From positions 1 to 64,000 of IMG/VR virus record IMGVR_UViG_3300025141_000060: a stretch of 64,000 nucleotides of DNA; one strand, 5' to 3'. Numbering within the stretch: position 1 is the stretch's first letter; each line of letters begins with the position of its first letter. Below are positions 47,676-56,397 of this stretch, in pieces. The notes below the pieces were generated by a model that worked only from the letters and a program-made list of their open reading frames with translations, did not search any database and had not been told where the DNA came from. The position numbers and the translations under genes were made by a program. This DNA is from a virus.

Positions 47676-49547
47676 TTAAGTCTGCTTTACCTGAATAACA
47701 ATGGAGTTAGGACCTCTATTTCCTGGGTTTCTTTGGTTACTGTCTAAAATCTTAATTTGAAGTTCAGGAAAGCTTCTCCCATTAGCAGTGTAAGCATCCC
47801 AGCGTAATACAGTGTTGTAATCTTCTGCGTCTATCTTTTTTACGACTCCCGTAGAAAATCTAGCAGGAAAATGACTAGGGCAACCCATCAGCAAACCAAT
47901 ACCCTGAGGACCCCAATCAACAACTAAAGCTCCGTTGTTTGGACCATCAATATCTGGTCCATGAACGTCCAAAGGACGGAACCAAGCATTTCTTCTATAT
48001 GATATTGCTAAATATCTTTCTTCAGTTGGACAGTCATCCGCCAGATTAGCATGAACACAATTATTTTCTATCCACATCTCACTTCGATCAATATCTCTTC
48101 TTAGTAAAAGAAGCATTGTTTTAGAGTCAGCAACATTGGCTACCATATCTGGATCATCAAAAGCTTGATCATGAGCAAATAGTGTAATTTTTTGAACACC
48201 CTCTACGATTGCTGCTGGGTCTGGAAAATGAACGCATTGAGGTGGGAATTTCTCTTTAAAATGTACTCGATCAGCAGGTCCTGTTATTGGTCTCGCGCCT
48301 TTATTGGTTATAAACTTTTTAAATGCCGTAAAATGAGCCTCCTCCCACGCCCCGTACCTATTTTCAGAAGCTCCTCCAAAAGACATGAGATCCAAATTAT
48401 CTACACCCTCATAAGCATAACTAACACCATTGCAAGCATCATGCGGTGCGAGATGGTAATTATCATAACAATGCATGTCTGGCAAGCCTGCACGTTGAGG
48501 ATAATATTTTGAATCGTGGCTGTGTCCTATACTATGTCCAATTTCATGAAGGGTTACTTGAGTAACTCTTGCATCACCTAAAACTTGCGCTGCACTTGTC
48601 AAGTCTAAGAGTGCAGGAGGGTCATTAGCAAGACCTGCATCAGGCATTACAACGGTAAATACGAAAGGATCGCCCCCCGCATTACCTCCTAGATCATGGA
48701 CTTCGGGACAACCACCAAGAACAATTCCAATTTTTAGATCATATCCCACCAGATCCACACCCCCATCCCAGGATGCGCCATTCCCGTAACCATTATCCAT
48801 AAACCAGTTCTTCATCAACGTGCGAAAACCATCAGGTCCACCACAATCACAAGTCATCATGTGGCCAGGATTGCCACAAGGGTTTGTTGGGTTTGGGGAA
48901 TCAGGATTACCTACCCAAACAAAATCTAAATCAGAATTATTTGCTCCTGTATCTGGCATATTAGAACCACCAACTAATTCAAGCTGACCATGCGTGTAAT
49001 CCCTTATGCCTTTTTTAAGGTTATTACCCATTAGAGTCATGAACTCTGCCTGAGTCCAATCTGGACCCGTATAATTCTCTAGCTCGCTTGTCGAGGGCCA
49101 AAAAATTCCTACAACGGTACGGACTTCGGTTGATGTACCCCAACCAGCACCATAACCCACGGTGTCTGATGCTTTAATACCTTTTTCACCAACTTTTTTA
49201 AATTTACTTTCTATATCTTTAAAAGGGGTTTCTGGAGGAGTCATATGCCTAAAATCAGGATCTGGGGTGAGGTCGCAAGAATCAACAGAGTAGGTTCCGT
49301 CAGGATTTACTGTATGAGCACCTCCCCCAGGGTGAATACATTCTTTTCCTGGAGGCAAAAAATATCCCTTATAGTTATACGGATTGCTCATTCCGTTTAC
49401 CTCAGGACAAGTAGTATTACCCTCAGCATCGGGGTAGTTTCCGTTTGGGCCGATAGCACCCCGCCCACCAACACCTGCTCTAGGTACTCCAGCCCAAGGT
49501 GATCGTCCTCTTAATATATTCTTTCCCGATGCTCCTATTTTTGCCAT
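47676..49547 (-). CDS. Zinc metalloprotease, metzincin (M6/M11-like), paralog 1
   Basis: HEIGHSIGHSH (HExxHxxGxxH; HEIGH at 48534-48548) and Met-turn DLMSF; AGGAG RBS. Confidence 0.8.
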   Translation of the reverse strand: MAKIGASGKNILRGRSPWAGVPRAGVGGRGAIGPNGNYPDAEGNTTCPEVNGMSNPYNYKGYFLPPGKECIHPGGGAHTVNPDGTYSVDSCDLTPDPDFRHMTPPETPFKDIESKFKKVGEKGIKASDTVGYGAGWGTSTEVRTVVGIFWPSTSELENYTGPDWTQAEFMTLMGNNLKKGIRDYTHGQLELVGGSNMPDTGANNSDLDFVWVGNPDSPNPTNPCGNPGHMMTCDCGGPDGFRTLMKNWFMDNGYGNGASWDGGVDLVGYDLKIGIVLGGCPEVHDLGGNAGGDPFVFTVVMPDAGLANDPPALLDLTSAAQVLGDARVTQVTLHEIGHSIGHSHDSKYYPQRAGLPDMHCYDNYHLAPHDACNGVSYAYEGVDNLDLMSFGGASENRYGAWEEAHFTAFKKFITNKGARPITGPADRVHFKEKFPPQCVHFPDPAAIVEGVQKITLFAHDQAFDDPDMVANVADSKTMLLLLRRDIDRSEMWIENNCVHANLADDCPTEERYLAISYRRNAWFRPLDVHGPDIDGPNNGALVVDWGPQGIGLLMGCPSHFPARFSTGVVKKIDAEDYNTVLRWDAYTANGRSFPELQIKILDSNQRNPGNRGPNSIVIQVKQT

Positions 49548-49558
49548 TTTATAAACTC

Positions 49559-49571
49559 CTAATATATGTAG
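49559..49571 (-). promoter_or_regulatory. Late promoter candidate (CTACATATATTAG)
   Basis: TACATA-N3-TAG running into the AGGAG RBS of metalloprotease paralog 1. Confidence 0.5.
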
Positions 49572-49588
49572 ATGCCCTATTATAAGGT

Positions 49589-49873
49589 ATGGAATATTTT
49601 GTCAATTTTTTAGTGTGGATTTTTACTTTAATGGGTATAACAATTATTGTTACCCAATCTTCTATCTTTAATGCTATTAGACAGAAGATAGCAAAACTTA
49701 ATAGTTATTTAGGAATGCTAGTTAGTTGCCCACTATGCTTCTCTTTTTGGGCGGGTTTATTTCTATCCCATTTTTATACAAGCTTGACGGGAAATATGTT
49801 TTTTGATGCATTACTTGCAAGCGGAGTATCTTGGTATATGACCTATGAATCTCCTCAAATGCATCACCACTGA
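49589..49873 (+). CDS. Small membrane protein, DUF1360-like
   Basis: Hydrophobic segments and LGMLVSCPLCFSFWAG (L-x2-CPxC-x3-W). Confidence 0.7.
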   Translation: MEYFVNFLVWIFTLMGITIIVTQSSIFNAIRQKIAKLNSYLGMLVSCPLCFSFWAGLFLSHFYTSLTGNMFFDALLASGVSWYMTYESPQMHHH

Positions 49874-49906
49874 AAGAAAAACGGAGATCGTTCTGTAGAG
49901 TGATTT

Positions 49907-51595
49907 TCACCCTTGAACTATTTCTAGTTTTATCTTTTCTGGTCCTTGGTTCCCTGGCCCATCTGCTGCTTCTATGATTCTAATGGTTAACTTAGGATAA
50001 GTTATTCCATTTGCAGTATACGCTTCAAAAACTTTTTGTTCCCCTGGTCCCCCTGCTGGATAAGTAACCGAAGTATCTAACCCATATAAAGTAATTGGTC
50101 CATAAGCGGTTGAACCACAACCGTAGCCTTCTACCTGCCTCATTGGACCCCAATCTATCATTAGAGTTCCATTCATGTGCCAATCATCGGGGTAAACCTG
50201 ACCTCCAACAGTGCCTCCATTAGGTTGCGCTCTAGGTCCTTTGTACGAAGTATTTTTTCTATATGAAATACCTAGATATCTTTCTTTAGGATCCCCAACG
50301 CTTGCCATATCATCACAAGGCTGTATCTGGGACAGATCAATATCTCGACGCACTTTTATCAACATGGGCTTTCCTGTGTTTAATATATCTTGAGTTAGAG
50401 CATCTTCATAAACTCTGTCCTGTGCATATAAATCACCTGTCCAAATAACACCAGTACCAAGTCCTGATAAAGTAACTGCATTAGTATCAGTTAAATGAGC
50501 AGGACCTTGGCTTCCTACACCCCACATTTGATCAGGGATTCTTCCTATCATGTTTTTAGCATGAGCAGATGGGTGCGGTTCTCTCCACACATTAAAATTA
50601 TTTGTAAAGTATGAGGTATCCCAAGCCATTGTATCCCACATATCTATCCCCCCATAGCCTCCCTTCATTTCTGTACAAGGAAATATAGGTCCATTTGCTC
50701 TAAATGTTTCTATACAAGGATAAGGACCTCCCCCATTCGAGTACCTACCATTATGTGCATACCCCACGCTATGCAAAATTTCATGTAACGAAACTTGCCT
50801 AAGGTAACCACTAGTAAGGACACTTTCAGCTAATGCTATATAACCAGTGTCATCTGGCTGGTAAGGAGGCGCGGTCACGCTATTACGAAAAATTTCCGTA
50901 TAAAAATCAAGAAAAACAAGAGGATCCAAACTAGCACTTCCATATGAGCCGGTCCCAGGACCCGTCCAGCCATTGTGAGAACAACCAACACCAAGAGCAT
51001 ATTTAAGCTCATAATTAGCATCAGTGTATCCATTATTGTTAAACCAATTTTTTACTAATGTATGAATATTATTTGGTCCCCCACAATTACATGTCGTCAG
51101 TCCTGTTGTGCCACAATTAACGCTGGGAAGCTCACCTATCCAAACGAAATCAACATTAGATCCATTGGCTCCAACTAGTTGAACACTTCCGTAAGTAACA
51201 TCAGCTAAAGCTTTATTAATATCATTAACAAAATGCGTTTGAACTTCAGTTTGAGTCCACGGTTTAACCTCCTCCCCCAAACTACCAGTTGCTGTAAGAG
51301 GGCTATTTGGTGGATAATAAACAGCTATCACAGTCCTAAGGTTACCAGTCTGAAGTTGAACATTTGAATTGGTGTTGTATAGAGGGGGGTGCCCTATGTA
51401 CTTAGCATTTTCAGGCGGGATAGCGGTATCATTTCCACCGTTAGCATCATTAGCACACCTAAACCCAGGAGGCATTCCATTCCAATCAACACCCTCAGGG
51501 ATTTCCTGTTTTCCAACTGAGGGTATCCATCCCTGCGCTAACCGTTTTCCCCTCCCGAACCGTGATCCTCTCCCTACTGGTGTTATTCCTACCAC
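49907..51595 (-). CDS. Zinc metalloprotease, metzincin, paralog 2
   Basis: HEILHSVGYAH and Met-turn DTMAW; GTG start. Confidence 0.8.
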   Translation of the reverse strand: MVGITPVGRGSRFGRGKRLAQGWIPSVGKQEIPEGVDWNGMPPGFRCANDANGGNDTAIPPENAKYIGHPPLYNTNSNVQLQTGNLRTVIAVYYPPNSPLTATGSLGEEVKPWTQTEVQTHFVNDINKALADVTYGSVQLVGANGSNVDFVWIGELPSVNCGTTGLTTCNCGGPNNIHTLVKNWFNNNGYTDANYELKYALGVGCSHNGWTGPGTGSYGSASLDPLVFLDFYTEIFRNSVTAPPYQPDDTGYIALAESVLTSGYLRQVSLHEILHSVGYAHNGRYSNGGGPYPCIETFRANGPIFPCTEMKGGYGGIDMWDTMAWDTSYFTNNFNVWREPHPSAHAKNMIGRIPDQMWGVGSQGPAHLTDTNAVTLSGLGTGVIWTGDLYAQDRVYEDALTQDILNTGKPMLIKVRRDIDLSQIQPCDDMASVGDPKERYLGISYRKNTSYKGPRAQPNGGTVGGQVYPDDWHMNGTLMIDWGPMRQVEGYGCGSTAYGPITLYGLDTSVTYPAGGPGEQKVFEAYTANGITYPKLTIRIIEAADGPGNQGPEKIKLEIVQG

Positions 51596-51601
51596 AATTA
51601 T

Positions 51602-53614
51602 TTAACCTTTAGTAATTTTTATCTTAATCTTCCGTCTTTGGTTTGGAGCTACTCCCTGCTCCTCATCAACAACATAAACTTTCCATCCAGGAAAAACTAG
51701 TCCTGCTGAGGTAAATGACTCAATTTCAAACTTTTCATTATTAGGGTCAACGCCAAGGTCCACAACTCGCTCCATCGCTGCGAAAGAATTTAATCCGTTA
51801 ACCGTACTCCAAGGACCCCAATAAACCATCAAAACACCTAAGTCACTTGCTTTATATCTAGGGCTTTCTATATAACCAAAAGGCCCTGATTGTTCCATAT
51901 GAGTGTGGGATCGCCTTCTGGGACCATACTGATCAATGTGCCCCCTAGAGTAGTAAACAATATTTAAAAATCTTCTAGGAACAGGATCCAAAGCCATCCA
52001 AAAGGGAGGTTTTGGTCTATTCGATTCTAAAACTGTTTTAATCATCACCTTTTTTCCCTCTGGTGGGTCTTCTGGGAATTTAAACATATAATCTGCGGCA
52101 TCTAACCAACCTTCCCAACTCCAATTAGAAGCATTCTGATTTTCGCTTGTTAAATCATGCGTCATATCATCGGGAATAATACCCCTCCAATTTTGCATAG
52201 GTACATTAGGTTGTACAGTTCCTCCCCCAAAAGCGGTGTATCCCATTTTCTTTATTTTGGGAGCCTCTTGTGAAACATTATACGCCCCTACCGTTCCCAT
52301 AACATCGTAAATATCATTACCTACATAAAAGATAGCTGCATCTTGACACCCACCTCCATCAGGACCAGCGGATAAAAAGTAACATGGTGTATTTTGGCTA
52401 GAGTAGGAACTACTGCAATCTGCATTAGGCCAATTTTGCTCATTATATAAAAAAGAACAACCTCCATACTGTGGGACGTTGAAATTATGTAAATGAGAAA
52501 ACCCAGCACCAAAACCTTGAGTAACTAAATTATGGGCATACTCATGCAAAGCCATATTAATATAGCCTCTATTTTCGTGAACATCTTTAAAATCAGCCCA
52601 TTTTAAAATACCGTTGTCCCAAGCATCAAAATTCATAGAACCATAACACCCATACCATGGAGATGTAGGATAGTCAGTAGTTGCGTAAGGTATTTGCCAC
52701 TCCCTATCATCAGTCATACCCCAATATGGAGTTCCAGGTAAACCCCTAACGGGGCTCAAGAAAATATATAAATGCTTCCTTCCATCATCCCCTGTTGGAG
52801 ATGCGCCACCTGCCGTCCAGCAACCTGCAACAATATGAACAATTAAATTATATTCATCAAAATCAGAATCATTTTCAATGGTATCATACATTTTAGTTCT
52901 AGAGCCTGAAGTGTTACATAATTTATTAAGTAGCGCACTATTGCTGCCACCTTGAACCCCTGCACAATTTGGTCCCGTGTAAGCGGTTGTGCTTCCACAG
53001 GGCTCAGTACCGTCAAACATATACTTCGTTCCTTGGTAAACATCAGGAGAATCACTATTTTTACCAATTAAAGTAATGTTTCCTAAGAAAGCGGCTCTAA
53101 AGGCTTCAGCCCAATCTTTAGATACTACAGTGTCAAGATATGTTTGGTCCCACTTATGCTTGCTTCCGTATTCCTGTTTATCCCTATCATTAACTAATTT
53201 ATATACTTCTTCGGATGGAGCACCAGGGTTAGGACCATTCAAACACATGTTCCCATCACCCATCTTCCATAAAACAATTGCTGTTTTTTGGTTTTTTAAG
53301 AAAAGAGGAGGAGGCGTCTCCGAATTAGGGCCTACCGTCATATTTTGTGTGGGGGTTTCTGGCAATGGTTGTCCACGAAACTGTTCTCCATAAGTTTTAG
53401 GAAATTCTTCAGCATACTCTAACGCCTTGGCGTAAAAAGCTTTTTCTTCTTCTACCGTATCAGGTAATTCTTTGTTACTATCTGGCAAATAACAATGCCA
53501 CGCTGATTGATAAGGCCAACCAGTTTTGTTGTTTTTTCCATCAGAAAGTATATCCCTACTTAAATATCTCTTTACTGCCCCAGGGCCTTTAAAAATTCCT
53601 CTTCTTCCTACCAT
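51602..53614 (-). CDS. Zinc metalloprotease, metzincin, paralog 3 (most divergent)
   Basis: HEYAHNLVTQGFGAGFSH (insertion before third His) and DVMG. ATG at 53614 with GGAG RBS is preferred over the track's 53626. Confidence 0.75.
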   Translation of the reverse strand: MVGRRGIFKGPGAVKRYLSRDILSDGKNNKTGWPYQSAWHCYLPDSNKELPDTVEEEKAFYAKALEYAEEFPKTYGEQFRGQPLPETPTQNMTVGPNSETPPPLFLKNQKTAIVLWKMGDGNMCLNGPNPGAPSEEVYKLVNDRDKQEYGSKHKWDQTYLDTVVSKDWAEAFRAAFLGNITLIGKNSDSPDVYQGTKYMFDGTEPCGSTTAYTGPNCAGVQGGSNSALLNKLCNTSGSRTKMYDTIENDSDFDEYNLIVHIVAGCWTAGGASPTGDDGRKHLYIFLSPVRGLPGTPYWGMTDDREWQIPYATTDYPTSPWYGCYGSMNFDAWDNGILKWADFKDVHENRGYINMALHEYAHNLVTQGFGAGFSHLHNFNVPQYGGCSFLYNEQNWPNADCSSSYSSQNTPCYFLSAGPDGGGCQDAAIFYVGNDIYDVMGTVGAYNVSQEAPKIKKMGYTAFGGGTVQPNVPMQNWRGIIPDDMTHDLTSENQNASNWSWEGWLDAADYMFKFPEDPPEGKKVMIKTVLESNRPKPPFWMALDPVPRRFLNIVYYSRGHIDQYGPRRRSHTHMEQSGPFGYIESPRYKASDLGVLMVYWGPWSTVNGLNSFAAMERVVDLGVDPNNEKFEIESFTSAGLVFPGWKVYVVDEEQGVAPNQRRKIKIKITKG

Positions 53615-53615
53615 A

Positions 53616-55235
53616 TTAAACTCCAACGGGCTCTATTAAAACCTTAATCCTATCTGGCCCTTGTTCATCCGAGGTTCCTGCATTCTCTAGAACCCTAATG
53701 TTTAATGTTTTGTAATTTACCCCATTACCAAGATATCCGTTGTAAGTTGCTGTGGGGGTTCCTGTGGTGGTAATTATTTCTGCATTAAAGGTTTCCAACG
53801 AGCAGCTTCCATAGTTATTCAAATGATTACAATTTGTAATACTAGTATTATTACGGCAAGGACCCCAACTTGTTACAAGAGCACCATTTTGCCAATAAGG
53901 ATCTCTATACCAAGCATTTTTTCTATAATAAAGAGCTAAGTATCGGGGCTCTCCAACACCTATAGAATCACATGGAGGAAGCTCAGTAATATCTGCATCC
54001 CTTCTTATTTTTAAAAGCATAGGCTTCCCTGTAGCTAACACATCTTGAGTTCTAGGATCATCAAACTTTCTATCCATTGCGTATAAATAACCTTCCCAAC
54101 TCTCCCCGTTAGCTAAAGTTATTGTGTTAGCAGCAGGTAAGTGTGCAACCCCTTGGTTCCCTTCATGAGAAGCCCACATATAAGGCTGCCCCATCAGACT
54201 CTTTTTAAGAGCATCAGGGTGTGGTTCTCGCCAAACACTAAAGTTATTTCTTCCAGGAGTCGCACCCCAAGCCATAGTACTATAATGATCGGCTCCGCCA
54301 TAGCTGTAGCTTACCTGGGTACATCTTCCTTCGCCAAAAATAGGCCCGTTTAACCTATGCTCTTCACCACAATCAGTATTTAAATAATAAGCTGAATCAT
54401 GTGTGTATCCAATACCATGTAAAATTTCATGAATAGCGACTTGTCTTACATTACCAAACCCTAAAACGCTTGGAGCGAAAGTATCAGAAACAGTATCTTG
54501 GGGATATGGAGGAATGTTTGAGATTGTAGCATCCTCTGGATCACTCATATAGACAAACAAAGTAGGATCATAGCTCGCTGAACCACCAATAGTAACTGAA
54601 TCACTGCAACCCATAATAATAGCTAATTTCACTTCATAATTAGCATCAGAGTATCCATTATTGTTAAACCAACTTATTATGTTAGGTTTAATAGTACCAG
54701 CCCCTCCACATGTACACTGGTACTGATTATTAGTACCACAAATAGTTGATGGAATCGAGCCCACAAAAACTGCATCAACCTCAGAAGTAGCAGATCCTAT
54801 TAAGGTAGTAGTTCCATAGGTCATATCGGAAATAGCTTCTTGCATCTGCTTTCCAAAAAATTGCCGTATAGCTTCGGGGGTCCACTCATCAACTACAGCC
54901 CCTTGAGGCCCTACAGCCGCAAATTCCGCGTTAAGAGGTGAAGTATCTGGAATAAAAATACCAATTACTGTTCTGAGAGCACCACTTTGTAACTTATTGC
55001 TTCCAGGACCCACTGCTAGAGAAGCTGGTCTTGTCGAAACACTTGGGAAGGCTACTTCAGTATAATCCCCTGACTCATTTCCAGGAAGAATACAAGATAC
55101 TCCTGGTGGGAGATAGTATTGTCCACCACGAAACTCATCCCCCGTGAATCTAGTGCTATAAACCTGCTGCCTCCCTGGAGAGGTTAAATTTTGCATCCCT
55201 GCTGGGGTTAACAAACTTCTTGCTTTTCCTATCAT
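53616..55235 (-). CDS. Zinc metalloprotease, metzincin, paralog 4
   Basis: HEILHGIGYTH and Met-turn STMAW. Confidence 0.8.
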   Translation of the reverse strand: MIGKARSLLTPAGMQNLTSPGRQQVYSTRFTGDEFRGGQYYLPPGVSCILPGNESGDYTEVAFPSVSTRPASLAVGPGSNKLQSGALRTVIGIFIPDTSPLNAEFAAVGPQGAVVDEWTPEAIRQFFGKQMQEAISDMTYGTTTLIGSATSEVDAVFVGSIPSTICGTNNQYQCTCGGAGTIKPNIISWFNNNGYSDANYEVKLAIIMGCSDSVTIGGSASYDPTLFVYMSDPEDATISNIPPYPQDTVSDTFAPSVLGFGNVRQVAIHEILHGIGYTHDSAYYLNTDCGEEHRLNGPIFGEGRCTQVSYSYGGADHYSTMAWGATPGRNNFSVWREPHPDALKKSLMGQPYMWASHEGNQGVAHLPAANTITLANGESWEGYLYAMDRKFDDPRTQDVLATGKPMLLKIRRDADITELPPCDSIGVGEPRYLALYYRKNAWYRDPYWQNGALVTSWGPCRNNTSITNCNHLNNYGSCSLETFNAEIITTTGTPTATYNGYLGNGVNYKTLNIRVLENAGTSDEQGPDRIKVLIEPVGV

Positions 55236-55238
55236 AAT

Positions 55239-56234
55239 TTATTTAACCGTAAAGTACATTAAGGGACTTACAATTTTTTCGGCTAACATATTGTAAGTTA
55301 CTTGAACAGAATAAGTTCCTGTTTTACTGCCCAGATCACCAACCTCTAAGTCCGCTGGATTTCCGTTTTTTAAGTCGTTTACAGTATCAAAAGTGTACAC
55401 GATTGTATCATCTGATGTTATGGAAACATCAGAAGTTGCACTAACGACAGTAACTCTAGAAGGTAAATTAGAGTCTTCATTATGCTTTTTGATTACAACC
55501 GTAGCACTCGTTATAACGGAGTCTTTAAAAATGTTTTTTATATCTTCATTGATATTTTCATTTTCTACTGTAATCTCTGTTCCAATCTTTAGATCTGTTT
55601 TAGATCCTAAGATAACACGCTTATTATAAAGCCTATTTTTGGAACGTAATAATAGCGGTTCAGTTACTGTAAATACGGTGTTATCATATAGCTCAAAGTT
55701 ATTGATGTAAATTGACCAAGCAGAGTCTGTGCTCATTTTAACGGTCCATACATCAATATATCGCCCTGTACTTGAGGTAGCGTTTTGTATAACATCCCCA
55801 TTTTGGTCAAGCCCAGATAAGATACTTCCTAGACCACCATCAAGTACAGAGGCAAATTCACCAGTACCAAGTTTGTATATTCCACTCACCCCACTACATT
55901 GACGCTCAAATACCCCAGCCTCAACCTCAACATTAGGCGCTTCTCCTGTATAATTAGAAGAATCAAAACTTGTATCGGTTCCAAGTTCTCCCGTCCCGCT
56001 TGGACTAAAAACCATCCTAGCTTGTCCTGTCATAGAACTTGCTACGAGCCCCCTATCATCTAAGATAGTATTTGGGGAGAGGTTATTTGAACGATCAAAA
56101 ACGTGTACAGTACTTACAGCATAGGGATCTTGATAAGTTCCATCATTAATAAAATAGGTTCTAAGCATTACTTTAGAATCTACTTGGGGTCGATTATTTC
56201 TATCTGAAACAGGTATATTATTGATTGAGGGCAT
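55239..56234 (-). CDS. Hypothetical virion structural protein
   Basis: 331 aa, beta-rich (GRYIDVWTVK, GTYSVQVTY); in the late operon upstream of the proteases. Confidence 0.55.
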   Translation of the reverse strand: MPSINNIPVSDRNNRPQVDSKVMLRTYFINDGTYQDPYAVSTVHVFDRSNNLSPNTILDDRGLVASSMTGQARMVFSPSGTGELGTDTSFDSSNYTGEAPNVEVEAGVFERQCSGVSGIYKLGTGEFASVLDGGLGSILSGLDQNGDVIQNATSSTGRYIDVWTVKMSTDSAWSIYINNFELYDNTVFTVTEPLLLRSKNRLYNKRVILGSKTDLKIGTEITVENENINEDIKNIFKDSVITSATVVIKKHNEDSNLPSRVTVVSATSDVSITSDDTIVYTFDTVNDLKNGNPADLEVGDLGSKTGTYSVQVTYNMLAEKIVSPLMYFTVK

Positions 56235-56397
56235 CTTTTTCTCTTTGTTTCTCTTCTGCTAAAAGCTCTAGGAAAGTAACTCTTTCCGTCCTAGTGAGTG
56301 TTTTAACATCACTATAGGATAAACCTATGTGTTTCACAAGTATATAGGCTTCACGAAGTAAGTCTGAGACTTCTATGGACCCATTTAATTCACTGAG
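56218..56397 (-). CDS. gp51-like / chaperone GT extension reached by -1 frameshift
   Basis: 59-codon frame without ATG: LSELNGSIEVSDLLREAYILVKHIGLSYSDVKTLTRTERVTFLELLAEEKQREKDALNQ*. It is -1 relative to the upstream gene at A AAT TTT TTC. Confidence 0.7.
   Translation of the reverse strand, partial: LSELNGSIEVSDLLREAYILVKHIGLSYSDVKTLTRTERVTFLELLAEEKQREKDALNQ

Noticed and set aside
53560-53614. Tat signal in protease paralog 3 (GRRGIFK)
   Set aside because: No hydrophobic h-region follows, and the other paralogs lack the twin Arg.
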